Below are positions 1-9,310 of a DNA stretch of 64,000 nt, one piece after another. The stretch spans positions 1,224 through 65,223 of the forward strand of contig CAZOKY010000001.1 of NCBI GenBank assembly GCA_964580705.1. Direction: 5' to 3'. The stretch's first letter is position 1; every line of letters starts with the position of its first letter. The stretch is from Candidatus Micrarchaeota archaeon. Lineage in GTDB: Archaea; Micrarchaeota; Micrarchaeia; Norongarragalinales; Norongarragalinaceae. Both the position numbers and the translations under genes were made by a program. Below the pieces are notes generated by a model, which ran no database searches, was not told the DNA's origin, and saw only the letters and a list, made by a program, of their open reading frames with translations.

Positions 1-689
1 CCGCCTAATCCCATGACGCCGATTCCAAGCTTGTTTGCTTTCGAGAGAAGCGAGCGCTCCATTCCGGCAACGCGGGCATCACTGTTTTTTTCGTTGTCGC
101 GTAACAAAGCTTTCTTCGCCAAACCCAACGCCGTTTCGGCGTTTCCTCCGATTCCTACTCCGATGAATACGGGCGGGCACGCGTGGCCGGCGTGGTTTTT
201 CACGAACAAGATGATTGCTTCCTCGATTTTGGTGGCTGTTGGAGGCAACATGAACAACGCGGTGGCGTTCTCGCTGCCCGCGCCTTTAACGAAAACAGTC
301 AAACAATTCTTTTTCGATGGAATAAAGTGAAGAATTGGTTCGTTGCCGTTGAGGGGTTTTCTGGTTAAGGCGCCAACACTATTCGGGCGCAAAGGAATAA
401 ACTTGGTGGCTTTGGCAACGCCCGCCTTGATTCCTTTTTCTATCGCCAAAAAATCTTTCGGGTTAGCTTCAACGTAAAACTCGAGGAAACCCGTGTCTTG
501 GCACGCCGGCAAACCTTCTTTTTCCGCCAAAACCACGTTATCCAAAATCGTTTTCAATTGAAGGCGCGCGAGCTTGCTTTTTTCTTTCCTTAAAGCAGTC
601 CGCAAAGCTCGCTTTACATCAAGCGGCAAACGCGTTTCCGCTTCCAAAAGAAGTTTTTGAGTTAACTTCGAGACTTGACTGGACTTCAC
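1..689 (-). CDS. Fe-S hydro-lyase, class I fumarate hydratase / L(+)-tartrate dehydratase alpha subunit. N-terminal part only; the C-terminus runs off the window edge.
   Basis: My own translation of the minus strand is an open frame from 689 to 1 containing the CQDTG motif and GIGVMGLGG. It starts at GTG 689, which overlaps the malic-enzyme TGA (GTGA). It is absent from the ORF track because no stop lies within the window. Confidence 0.75.
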   Translation of the reverse strand, partial: MKSSQVSKLTQKLLLEAETRLPLDVKRALRTALRKEKSKLARLQLKTILDNVVLAEKEGLPACQDTGFLEFYVEANPKDFLAIEKGIKAGVAKATKFIPLRPNSVGALTRKPLNGNEPILHFIPSKKNCLTVFVKGAGSENATALFMLPPTATKIEEAIILFVKNHAGHACPPVFIGVGIGGNAETALGLAKKALLRDNEKNSDARVAGMERSLLSKANKLGIGVMGLG

Positions 690-1828
690 TTTCTCGCTAC
701 CCCCGTTTTTCGTGCGGCTTTCGCAACCGCCTTCGCTACAGCAGGCGCGACGCGCTTGTCGAACGGCTTCGGTAAAATGCAACGCCGAGAAAGTTTTCCG
801 TTCAATACTCCCGCGATTGCTTTCGCCGCCGCAAGCTTCATTTCGTCGTTCACGCGCCTCGCGCGGCAGTCAAGCATTCCCCTGAAGATTCCCGGAAAAC
901 CCAGCACGTTGTTGACCTGGTTCTCGTAATCACTGCGGCCCGTCGCGACAATGAATGCCCCTGCTTTCTTGGCTTCACGCGGGTCGATTTCAGGAACAGG
1001 ATTCGCCAACGCGAGCACAATCGAGCGCTTCGCCATGCTTTGAACCATCGCCTGCGTCAAAACGCGCGGAACGCTCACGCCCACGAAAACGTCCGCGCCC
1101 TTGATGACATCCGAAAGCGAACCCTTGATTTTTCGTTTGTTCGACAACCGCGCGATTTCCTTGTGATGCTTGGCCATGCCTTTCTTTCCAAGCCACAACG
1201 CCCCGTTTTTGTCGACTGCTACGACGTTTCGCGCGCCCGCCTTAACGAGAAGCTTGACTATCGCGCACCCGGCAGCGCCCACGCCGTTAACAACGATTTT
1301 CGCGGTCCGCAAGTTTTTGCGGGCGAGCTTCAACGCGTTGAACAACGCCGCAAGCGCTACCACCGCCGTCCCGTGCTGGTCATCGTGAAAAACCGGGATA
1401 TCGATTTCCCTGCGCAGCCGCTCCTCGACTTCAAAACACTTCGGCGACTCGATGTCCTCGAGGTTGATTCCGTCGAATGAAGGAGAAATGGCTTTCACCG
1501 CCGCAACGATTTCGTCCGCGGTTTTAGCTTTAATGCAAATCGCGTAAGCGTCCACGTTTGCGAACTCCTTGAAAAGCACGGCTTTACCTTCCATAACGGG
1601 AAGCGCCGCTTCAGGACCAATGTTTCCCAAGCCAAGCACTCGCGAACCGTCGCTGACGACTGCAACGCTGTTCCACTTATTCGTGAGGTCGAAAACTCTT
1701 TCAGGGTGCTTCGCGATAACGCGGCACGGCTCCGCAACGCCAGGCGTGTACGCCAACGCGAGGTCGCGCATCGTTTTCACTTTAACGCGCGACTTGAGTT
1801 CTAGCTTGCCCTTGAGCTTTGCATGCAT
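686..1828 (-). CDS. NAD(P)-dependent malic enzyme (malate dehydrogenase, decarboxylating)
   Basis: Track ORF 686..2107 contains DLALAYTPGVAEPC and a Rossmann GVGAAG motif. The upstream 94 codons are run-through; the start was trimmed to ATG 1828 (MHAKLKG...). Confidence 0.8.
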   Translation of the reverse strand: MHAKLKGKLELKSRVKVKTMRDLALAYTPGVAEPCRVIAKHPERVFDLTNKWNSVAVVSDGSRVLGLGNIGPEAALPVMEGKAVLFKEFANVDAYAICIKAKTADEIVAAVKAISPSFDGINLEDIESPKCFEVEERLRREIDIPVFHDDQHGTAVVALAALFNALKLARKNLRTAKIVVNGVGAAGCAIVKLLVKAGARNVVAVDKNGALWLGKKGMAKHHKEIARLSNKRKIKGSLSDVIKGADVFVGVSVPRVLTQAMVQSMAKRSIVLALANPVPEIDPREAKKAGAFIVATGRSDYENQVNNVLGFPGIFRGMLDCRARRVNDEMKLAAAKAIAGVLNGKLSRRCILPKPFDKRVAPAVAKAVAKAARKTGVARK

Positions 1829-1915
1829 TTTAAGTGAATCGGAATAAACGGATGCAGACAACTGAAACCACCTACGAATTGAGAAGGTAATAAGACGCGA
1901 AAGCGTAATAAAAAC

Positions 1916-2245
1916 GTGGCTGAAGCAACCGAATTCACGCGAAAAGTGTGGAAAGCGTGCCGTCGAATCCCCCGCGGACGCGTTTCGACTTACGCGGAAA
2001 TCGCGCGCGCAATCGGAAAACCGCGAGCAAGCCGCGCCGTAGGCAACGCGTTGAACGCGAGCCCGGGAATGCGCCCGCCACGCGGCGTTCCGAGCGTTCC
2101 TTGTCACCGAGTGGTCAAAGCCGACGGCGAAATGGGCGGTTTCGCGAAAGGAACGAAAACCAAAACCAAACTGCTAGGGAAAGAAGGTCTGACCGTAAAG
2201 AAAGGAAAAATCTTGGGTTTCGAGAAAAAACTTTTTTCTCTTTGA
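1916..2245 (+). CDS. ogt: methylated-DNA-protein-cysteine methyltransferase (MGMT/Ogt C-terminal domain only)
   Basis: PCHRVV active-site motif and an HTH region (YAEIARAIG); 109 aa. Confidence 0.8.
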   Translation: MAEATEFTRKVWKACRRIPRGRVSTYAEIARAIGKPRASRAVGNALNASPGMRPPRGVPSVPCHRVVKADGEMGGFAKGTKTKTKLLGKEGLTVKKGKILGFEKKLFSL

Positions 2246-2337
2246 TTCGCCAATCCGCGAGTTGAAGTAAAAACACGTTTTTTAAACGAGCGCGCGGAAA
2301 CACGTTAAGGGAAACTCGTTAAGGAGGGAGATGCGCT

Positions 2338-3414
2338 TTGAACGGAAACGAAAAAAAACGGGAAACGTTTTTCGCAATCGCTTTGCTGCTGCCTTTGCTG
2401 CTGGTAATGCCCGGTTTCGTCCTCGCTGACGGCGGACACGTCCCGCCCAGGCCTTCGCCCGGCGTGCAGCCTTACCGCGTTTTCGAGCCGAACCAGCAAG
2501 CCGTAGTAGCGTGGAACAACGACCGCGAAATACTCATTCTCGCGACGACGATTTACGCCAACGCGCCGACCCGCGTGCTCCGCTTGATTCCGTTTCCAAG
2601 CGAGCCTCAAGTCGAGCAAGGAGACTGGACTACCTTCGACTTCCTCAAACAATACCAAACGCGTTACCAAGAAGACTACGGCATAATGCCCGGAGCAATG
2701 GGAGCCGCCGCTGAAAGCAAAGCTCAAGTCGTCTTCCACAAGCGCGTCGGAACGCACACGCTCACCGCGGTGCGCGTTGAAGACGCCGGCGAACTCGAAG
2801 GATTCACGCAAGGCTACGAAGCCGCCTCCGGATTAAAGTTCGACTTCACGGAAATCAGGCCGATAGTCGCGAATTACGTTGCGCGAGGAGTCAAGTACTT
2901 CGTGTTCGACTTGATTGAAGTCGACGTGGAGCCGCGCGACACGAACCCCGTAATCTACTCTTTCGACTCGAAGTACGCGTTTTACCCGCTCGAAATTTCT
3001 TCGACGACTCAAGGCCGAGCCGACGTGGCGCTTTACTTGATTACTCCCGCAGGCGCCCAAGAAATTCACGACGCGAAAGACCCGATGACTCCGTCGCGGC
3101 TGCCTTTGTCGTTCGCGGGAAGCCACTCGCTCGCCGCGTACGAGTTGTTGAAAGTAGGCCGCAACGTAAGCGAACTGATGCGCGGCGGGACGGGAAGCGA
3201 AACCGTAGGCGAAGCCGACTTGCGAGTGTACACTTACTCGGGGCAGTTAAGGGATCTAACGCAAGACTTCGTAATCAAAATGAGTGGGAACGGCGAAAGC
3301 CGCGCCTTGCCCGGTTCGGAAGAAGATTACTCTTCGCTATTGTGGCTGACTGCGGGAGTGCTGCTCGTGTGCGCGGCGCTGGCGTTTTACGCGTTCAAAC
3401 GCTGGTACTTGTAA
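2338..3414 (+). CDS. secreted / C-terminally membrane-anchored hypothetical protein
   Basis: N-terminal signal peptide (KKRETFFAIALLLPLLLVMPGFVLA) and a C-terminal TM helix. AAGGAGG lies 10 nt upstream of the TTG start at 2338. Confidence 0.55.
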   Translation: MNGNEKKRETFFAIALLLPLLLVMPGFVLADGGHVPPRPSPGVQPYRVFEPNQQAVVAWNNDREILILATTIYANAPTRVLRLIPFPSEPQVEQGDWTTFDFLKQYQTRYQEDYGIMPGAMGAAAESKAQVVFHKRVGTHTLTAVRVEDAGELEGFTQGYEAASGLKFDFTEIRPIVANYVARGVKYFVFDLIEVDVEPRDTNPVIYSFDSKYAFYPLEISSTTQGRADVALYLITPAGAQEIHDAKDPMTPSRLPLSFAGSHSLAAYELLKVGRNVSELMRGGTGSETVGEADLRVYTYSGQLRDLTQDFVIKMSGNGESRALPGSEEDYSSLLWLTAGVLLVCAALAFYAFKRWYL

Positions 3415-3474
3415 AAAAGTTTTTTGCGGTGCGCGCGTCGCGGAATAGCAACGAAATTCAAGGAAAAACTGTTT

Positions 3475-4185
3475 TCAAGCGCGGCGTGAAAAACGAGGTT
3501 CTAGTTTCTTGTGAATTCCAGCCGTGATAGCGTCCGAAATTTCTTCAGACATGAAACCGTGCTTTTCAGACGCCGCCGCGTCAGCCACGTGCAAGTAGCT
3601 ATTCAAAAGGTAACGCGTTTCCTCGCGTTCGCGGCGGTTTGCACCGCGCGCTTCATCGATAGCGCGTTCAATCGATAGCCGGTGCCGTTCGAATTCAGTC
3701 ACTTTTTTAAAAATCGCTGGAACTTCGACGTCAAACTGCTTTTCGTCCTCGCTCGGTTTTACTAAAACCGGTTGCCGGAGATAAAAATTAAGCAGCGTCG
3801 GCAACGCCGTGCTGCGCAACTTGGTTGCGCGTCCAGTTAAAGAATGCAGAAAACCAAAAGCGCGAACTAGAAAACCCGGTTTCAACAGCGTGTTGTGATA
3901 GGAAATTATTAGAGCATCAGGATTTTTAGCGCGCAAACCGTCGAAAAACGCTTGGTTTTCAGGGAAAAACCGAGCGTTTAGTCGAAACGGAAACTGCACA
4001 AACGGTTTTTTAGTAGTCAAGCCAAGCAGCCTGTGGTGAACGCTTAACTCTCTTGGAAAAGTTACGAAAGATACTTTGTGCCCCAGCGCTTCAAGCTTCT
4101 CGCTAACGCGTTTAGCAATCGGCGCCGCAGTCAGTTCGTTCGGGTCTTCGTCAACAACAAAGATGGCTTCATCCAAGCTATTCAC
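3475..4185 (-). CDS. hypothetical protein, translationally coupled to argS
   Basis: Track ORF 3475..4308 overlaps argS by 127 nt. An in-frame GTG at 4185 overlaps the argS TGA (GTGA), giving VNSLDEAIFVVDED... No family recognised. Confidence 0.45.
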   Translation of the reverse strand: MNSLDEAIFVVDEDPNELTAAPIAKRVSEKLEALGHKVSFVTFPRELSVHHRLLGLTTKKPFVQFPFRLNARFFPENQAFFDGLRAKNPDALIISYHNTLLKPGFLVRAFGFLHSLTGRATKLRSTALPTLLNFYLRQPVLVKPSEDEKQFDVEVPAIFKKVTEFERHRLSIERAIDEARGANRREREETRYLLNSYLHVADAAASEKHGFMSEEISDAITAGIHKKLEPRFSRRA

Positions 4186-5954
4186 ATTTTCTCGGGCGCG
4201 CTGATTCCGAGCAACGCAAGCCCGTTCTCGATGACGCGAAGCGACGCGCCCACGATTTGCAAGCGACGCGCCTTGTCCTTTTCGTCGTCCGCCGCGAGAA
4301 CGGGACACGCAGCGTAAAAAGAATTGAACGCCGCACAGTAACGCAACAGGAAATCGCAGACTTGGTGAGGCTGCATCGCTCGCGCAGCGCTTTCGACGAC
4401 GAGCGGGAATTCCGCTGCGAGCGCGAGAAGCTGCTTCTCTTCCCTTCCAAAAACAGCGTTCTTGCCTGACTTGGCGGTTACGCCCGCATCCTCCGCTTTC
4501 GCGAGAATCCCCCTGCAGCGCACCAACGCGTACTGAACGTAAGCGCCAGTATCGCCTTCGAACGTCACCGCCGCAGCCGGATCGAAAACAATGTTTTTCT
4601 CAGGCGACACCCGCAGGAAAGCGAAACGCGCGCTTCCCACGCCGATTTGCTTCGCTATCGCATCGATTTCTTTCGCGTCGTAGTCGGAGCCGCGGCGCGC
4701 AAGCACTTGCTTCCTCGCCTCCGCAATTACTTCATTCAGAATGTCTTCGAGGAGAACGACGTTTCCTTGACGAGTCGACATTTTCCCGCTCGGCAACGAA
4801 ATCAACCCGAAAGCCACGTGCTTCAAGTGAGGCGCGTACTGCCTGCCCAAAAGGTCAAGGATTTTGAATACTTGCTGGAAATGGTTTTTTTGCTCGCTCC
4901 CGGTAACGTAAACGCATTCCGTGAAGCGATGCTTTTCGAAGCGGGTTTCCGCAAGCGCGAGATCGCGCGTCGAGTAAAGCGTCGTGCCGTTGCTGCGCAG
5001 CACTATGAGGTTCGGCAAAGCGAATTTCTCTAAATCGCCGACTATTTCCCCGCCCTTGTCGCGGAACGCCACTCTTTTTTCGAGGAGTTCAACGGCGATT
5101 TTCTTGGCAAGCGGAACCATATCGCTGTCGAAAATGGTTTCCTCGAAAGAAACGCCTAGAAGCGCGTAATTTCGCTGGAAGGCGTCAACGCTGATGCGCC
5201 GCACTTCCGCAAGCTCCTTCTTGAGTTTTATTTCCCCGCTCTCCATACCCTCGACGATTACCCGCGCCTTCTCGAGCAACTCAGGATTCTCCTCAATGCG
5301 CTTGTGAATCTTCACGTAATAATCCAGCAAATCCTTCTCGTCGTTCAGCTTCCGCTTTTCCAGCTCGTGCAACGCGAGCATGAGCTTCGCCGTCTGCGTT
5401 CCAGCCTCGCAGAGATAGTTCGAACCGACGACGCTCGCGCCAGAAGCGCGCAGCAAACGCATAATGCTGTCGCCGAGAATCGTGGAACGAATGTGCCCCA
5501 CGTGCATGGGCTTCCCGACGTTCGGAGAAGAGTAATCGATTACGACGCGCCGTTTTTTTCCTTCCGAGTTCGAACCGTAACCCGCACCGGCAGCGCCTAC
5601 TTCCTCGTTCAGCGCAGCGTAAAAAGCGTCGGAGTAAACGAAGTTAACGTAAGGCCCGAGCGCGCTCACCGACGAAAACGACGGCGGAAGATTCTTCTCC
5701 AACTCCGCAGCGAGCTTCTTCGCGATTTCAACCGGATTCTTTTTGGCTTGCTTCGCGATTTCGAACGACGCCGCACTGCTTAAATCCCCGAACTCGAACT
5801 TCGCCGGCCGCGCCACTGCAGGCGCGACTTTAACGGAAAAAAGTTTTTCCGCAGATGAAGCGATTGCCGCGGCTGCTTCGCCTTCGGCGCGCTTTTGAAG
5901 GCAAACCGCATTCTTCACGCCCGCAACGTTCTTCGCTTTCATCGGTTTAGCCAT
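4182..5954 (-). CDS. argS: arginyl-tRNA synthetase
   Basis: HVGH class I motif (PMHVGHIRSTILGD) and a DALR-type C-terminal region. The start was chosen at ATG 5954 (MAKPMK); the track start at 5972 is TTG. Confidence 0.85.
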   Translation of the reverse strand: MAKPMKAKNVAGVKNAVCLQKRAEGEAAAAIASSAEKLFSVKVAPAVARPAKFEFGDLSSAASFEIAKQAKKNPVEIAKKLAAELEKNLPPSFSSVSALGPYVNFVYSDAFYAALNEEVGAAGAGYGSNSEGKKRRVVIDYSSPNVGKPMHVGHIRSTILGDSIMRLLRASGASVVGSNYLCEAGTQTAKLMLALHELEKRKLNDEKDLLDYYVKIHKRIEENPELLEKARVIVEGMESGEIKLKKELAEVRRISVDAFQRNYALLGVSFEETIFDSDMVPLAKKIAVELLEKRVAFRDKGGEIVGDLEKFALPNLIVLRSNGTTLYSTRDLALAETRFEKHRFTECVYVTGSEQKNHFQQVFKILDLLGRQYAPHLKHVAFGLISLPSGKMSTRQGNVVLLEDILNEVIAEARKQVLARRGSDYDAKEIDAIAKQIGVGSARFAFLRVSPEKNIVFDPAAAVTFEGDTGAYVQYALVRCRGILAKAEDAGVTAKSGKNAVFGREEKQLLALAAEFPLVVESAARAMQPHQVCDFLLRYCAAFNSFYAACPVLAADDEKDKARRLQIVGASLRVIENGLALLGISAPEKM

Positions 5955-6081
5955 ACCTTTTATAGTATGCAAAGCGAATTATTAAATGCTCGAACCCGCC
6001 GAAACAAACGAGACGGACGAAACAGTCGAAGCAATCTAAACAATATTCTTTTAACAACAATCAACGGGAGTTGGTAATCTA

Positions 6082-6963
6082 GTGTTTACCGCAAGAAAAA
6101 AAGCTGGGAAAACAAAACCGGCCAAAACCGTAAAAAAAGTCAAACTCGCACCAAAGCAAGAAAAACAGAAAAAAACTCGCGAACCGCTGATACCGCGCTT
6201 TCGAGGCGTATCGCTCCAGCTAGTCGCCGTATTCGTAATGGCTCAATGCATTGCTTTGCTCGCGGGCGCGCAATTCCTCTCGCAACAAGTAAGCTTCGTG
6301 AAAGACTCCGCGAGCATGGGAAACGCGGCGTTCTTATTCGCGTACGTCATCGGAGCCACGCTGTTAATGCTCGTATTGATAAAATACTATAAAGGCAACA
6401 AGCTCTTCATCCTCGTCGAATACGCGCTCATATTCTGCACCGTTGAATTGTTCGCCTCTCTTTTCATCAACGAACTCGCGGCGTTGGCGGCCGCCGCAGT
6501 CGCCGTAAGCGTCCGCGTCGCGTTTCCGCGCCTGCGCAACATCATCCTCGTACTCGCCATAGCGATAGTCGGCGGATTGCTCGGCGCAAGCCTCGACTTG
6601 CTTCCCGCAGCCGCGTTCGCGATTGCCCTCGCCGTTTACGACGTAATCGCCGTCTTCTACAGCAAGCACATGGTTACGCTCGCGAAAGCGCTTGACAAAC
6701 GCGGAGCCGCGTTCGCAGTCCACCTGCAAGACGGAAAAGAAAGCATTCAGTTGGGAACGGGCGACGTCGTTATTCCCGCGATGCTCAGCGTCAGCGCCTT
6801 GCGCATAGCGCCGTTAGCCGGCGTATTCGGACTCGCTGGCTCGGTTCTCGGCTTGATCGTGATAATCGTGCTCCTCGAAAAATTCAAGGGGTACTGGCCC
6901 GCGCTGCCCCCGATTGTTTTCGGCACGCTCGCCGCAATCGGCGCATACGTCTTTCTGGCGTGA
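6082..6963 (+). CDS. presenilin / signal-peptide-peptidase family intramembrane aspartyl protease (A22-like)
   Basis: YD (LAVYDVIAVF), GxGD (LGTGDVV) and PAL (YWPALPP) motifs across multiple TM helices. A Lys-rich 40-aa N-terminal extension precedes TM1; GTG start. Confidence 0.75.
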   Translation: MFTARKKAGKTKPAKTVKKVKLAPKQEKQKKTREPLIPRFRGVSLQLVAVFVMAQCIALLAGAQFLSQQVSFVKDSASMGNAAFLFAYVIGATLLMLVLIKYYKGNKLFILVEYALIFCTVELFASLFINELAALAAAAVAVSVRVAFPRLRNIILVLAIAIVGGLLGASLDLLPAAAFAIALAVYDVIAVFYSKHMVTLAKALDKRGAAFAVHLQDGKESIQLGTGDVVIPAMLSVSALRIAPLAGVFGLAGSVLGLIVIIVLLEKFKGYWPALPPIVFGTLAAIGAYVFLA

Positions 6964-7153
6964 AGAGCGACGCGAGACGCGAGCTTTAAAAAGGGTTTTA
7001 GGCATAAGAATAACCTCGGCTCCTTTTACGATAATGGGGAGGAACCCGAGCCCGCCTTGCGGCGGGCGAACGGGTTGAGAACCATTGACTTACGAATGGT
7101 TTGAAGCACAAGAAATGCTAGTAGCAACAACAGCAAAGCGTGGTGTTAGAAAC

Positions 7154-7453
7154 ATGGATTTAGCTAAATCAATTCGGTTCGCAGTCGACACCGGAAAAGT
7201 CGAACTCGGCTTAAAACAAACGCTGAAAATCGCGTTAAACGGAAACGCGAAACTAGTCATAATCGCGAAAAACTGCCCGAACGACAGCTCAGCCGACGTA
7301 AAACGCTTTACGACGCTCTCGCAAACGCCGCTCGTCGTATTCGAAGGAACGAGCGTCGAACTCGGAAACGCGTGCGGAAAACCCTTCCCCGTCAGCGCGC
7401 TCTCGGTAATCGAGGAAGGAAACTCGGACGTGCTCAAAACGATAAAACACTGA
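7154..7453 (+). CDS. rpl30e: ribosomal protein L30e
   Basis: LVIIAKNCP ... VELGNACGKPF. Start set at ATG 7154 (MDLAKS...). The track ORF starts upstream at 7085. Confidence 0.85.
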   Translation: MDLAKSIRFAVDTGKVELGLKQTLKIALNGNAKLVIIAKNCPNDSSADVKRFTTLSQTPLVVFEGTSVELGNACGKPFPVSALSVIEEGNSDVLKTIKH

Positions 7454-7469
7454 AAAATGCGTTGAAAAA

Positions 7470-7922
7470 TTGATTGAAAGATTCAGGGGATTTATTTTGC
7501 CTACGATTTCAAACGACGAACTCGCGATGCTCAACACGCTCGAACGAGCGACGGGCGCCAAGGCGAACGACGTTTACGCGACCAACGAGTGCGTCACGTT
7601 CATCGTCCAACAAGGCGACCTCGGAAAAGCAATCGGCAAGCAAAGCGCGAACCTCGAACACTTGCGCAAGGCGTTCGGCAAAAACGTTGACCTCGTGGAA
7701 GACGCGGACACTCTTCGAACGTTTCTCGGCAACGTTTTCCGAGGAGTAGAGTTTCTCAGCGTCGAAGAAAAAGAAGACGCGGCGAACGGACGCAAAACAG
7801 TTTTATTGAAGGTAAGCGAAGCGCACCGAGGCAAGGCAATCGGCCGCGGCGGCGAGAAAATCAACCGCGCGCGAGCGCTCGTCAAACGCAGGTTCGGTTA
7901 CGACGACGTAAAAATATCGTGA
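7470..7922 (+). CDS. nusA: archaeal NusA-like transcription termination/antitermination factor (two KH domains)
   Basis: KH GxxG motifs (KAIGKQSAN; KAIGRGGEKI). Position is conserved between L30e and S12. TTG start at 7470; the true start is uncertain (7497/7527 are alternatives). Confidence 0.8.
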   Translation: MIERFRGFILPTISNDELAMLNTLERATGAKANDVYATNECVTFIVQQGDLGKAIGKQSANLEHLRKAFGKNVDLVEDADTLRTFLGNVFRGVEFLSVEEKEDAANGRKTVLLKVSEAHRGKAIGRGGEKINRARALVKRRFGYDDVKIS

Positions 7923-8007
7923 TAAAAAAACAGCGATTGAAAAAAAATTAAAGAAACAATTATCGAAAAAACGAAAAAAGTAAAAAGCATTTAAGGTGGT
8001 TTTGAAA

Positions 8008-8436
8008 ATGGCTCGAGGAGAATTCGCAGGACGCATACTCAAAAACCAGCGCAAGCAAGCGCGCTGGCTCAAGAAAACGTGGAAGCGCAAAGCCCTCGGA
8101 CTCAAGGAAAAATACGACCCGTTGGAAGGAGCGCCGCAAGCAAAAGGCATCGTACTGAAAAAAACGGGTAAAGAGCAAAAGCAGCCTCACTCGGGAATCG
8201 TCAAGTGCGTCACAGTGCAACTCGTCAAGAACGGCAAGAAAGTCAGCGCGCACTGCCCTCGCGACAAAGCAGTCGAGAAAATCGACGAACACGACGAAGT
8301 CTTAATCGAAGGCCTCGGCGGCTCGCAACGCGGGCAAATGGGTTCGATTCCCGGCGTGCGTTATAAAGTCATTCAAGTCAACGGGATATCGCTCGAAGAA
8401 TTGCGTTTGAACAGGAAGGAAAAACCGAAGCGTTGA
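8008..8436 (+). CDS. rps12: ribosomal protein S12
   Basis: Sequence typical of S12/S23e ([18 protein letters not shown] ... SIPGVRYKV). ATG 8008 (MARGEF); the track starts at GTG 7996. Confidence 0.9.
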   Translation: MARGEFAGRILKNQRKQARWLKKTWKRKALGLKEKYDPLEGAPQAKGIVLKKTGKEQKQPHSGIVKCVTVQLVKNGKKVSAHCPRDKAVEKIDEHDEVLIEGLGGSQRGQMGSIPGVRYKVIQVNGISLEELRLNRKEKPKR

Positions 8437-8473
8437 GAACGCTGAAAGCAAAAAAGCAAAAGGTGTTATCGCA

Positions 8474-9259
8474 ATGGCTGAAGAAAAAAAGATTGAAGAA
8501 AAAGAAAAACCCGGCGCGCCCGCTGAAGAAAAAGCGGAAACGAAAGCCGAAGCCAAAGGAAGCGGAGCGGAAAACGTCGTCGCCGAAGAAAAAGCGAAGG
8601 CTGCGGCCGCAGCCGCAGCGGCTGCCGAAGCGGACGAAAGCAAGATTAGGATACCGAAGCAAAAACTCTTCGGAAAGTACGATTACGACTGCATAGTCGT
8701 CCGCGACCGCACGCTCGAACCGTACATTTCGCTTAAGCCAGTCGCGCTTCCGCACAGTTTCGCGCGCCACGCCAACAAATCCTTCGGGAAAGCGCGCATG
8801 AACGTAGTTGAGCGTCTCGCGAACAAGATGATGCGCGGCGGCACGGGCGAGAAACTCGGCGGAAAAGTCATTCGCACTCAAGGACGCCTGCAAGGCAAGA
8901 AAAGCCGCGTTCTCCGCATAATCGAGGAAGCGATGGACGTCGTAGCGGTGAAAACCAAGAAGAACCCGTTGCAGTTGCTTGTGAAAGCGGTCGAAAACGT
9001 CGCGCCGCGCGAAGACGTCACGCGCATCCGCATGGGCGGCGTCTCTTATCAGGTCGCTACGGACGTAAGCCCGTTGCGCAGGCTCGACATGGCGTTGCGC
9101 AACATCGCGCTCGCCGCGATCACGAGCGCGTTCAACAAGAAGACGAAGCTCGGGGAAGCGTTAGCGCACGAAATCGAGCTCGCCGCGGCGAATTCGCAGG
9201 ACAGTTACGCCGTCAAACGCAAGAACGAGACGGAACGCATCGCCAAGAGCGCGAGGTAA
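8474..9259 (+). CDS. rps7: ribosomal protein S7 with a ~60-aa E/K/A-rich N-terminal extension
   Basis: S7/S5e core (KLFGKYDYD ... RIRMGGVSYQVATDVSPLRR) preceded by a low-complexity stretch that includes poly-Ala. Confidence 0.85.
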   Translation: MAEEKKIEEKEKPGAPAEEKAETKAEAKGSGAENVVAEEKAKAAAAAAAAAEADESKIRIPKQKLFGKYDYDCIVVRDRTLEPYISLKPVALPHSFARHANKSFGKARMNVVERLANKMMRGGTGEKLGGKVIRTQGRLQGKKSRVLRIIEEAMDVVAVKTKKNPLQLLVKAVENVAPREDVTRIRMGGVSYQVATDVSPLRRLDMALRNIALAAITSAFNKKTKLGEALAHEIELAAANSQDSYAVKRKNETERIAKSAR

Positions 9260-9310
9260 GCAGTTAAAAATTAAAAAAAACTTCAATTCAAAGGAGTAGT
9301 GGTTTAGGAA

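Noticed and set aside
13-368. Plus-strand ORFs 13..330 and 183..368
   Set aside because: They lie antisense to a clearly conserved fumarate-hydratase alpha reading frame (CQDTG ... GIGVMGLGG) on the minus strand.
8302-8893. Minus-strand ORFs rich in A/F/S, antisense to S7
   Set aside because: They are artefacts of the GC-rich low-complexity S7 extension. S7 is on the plus strand.
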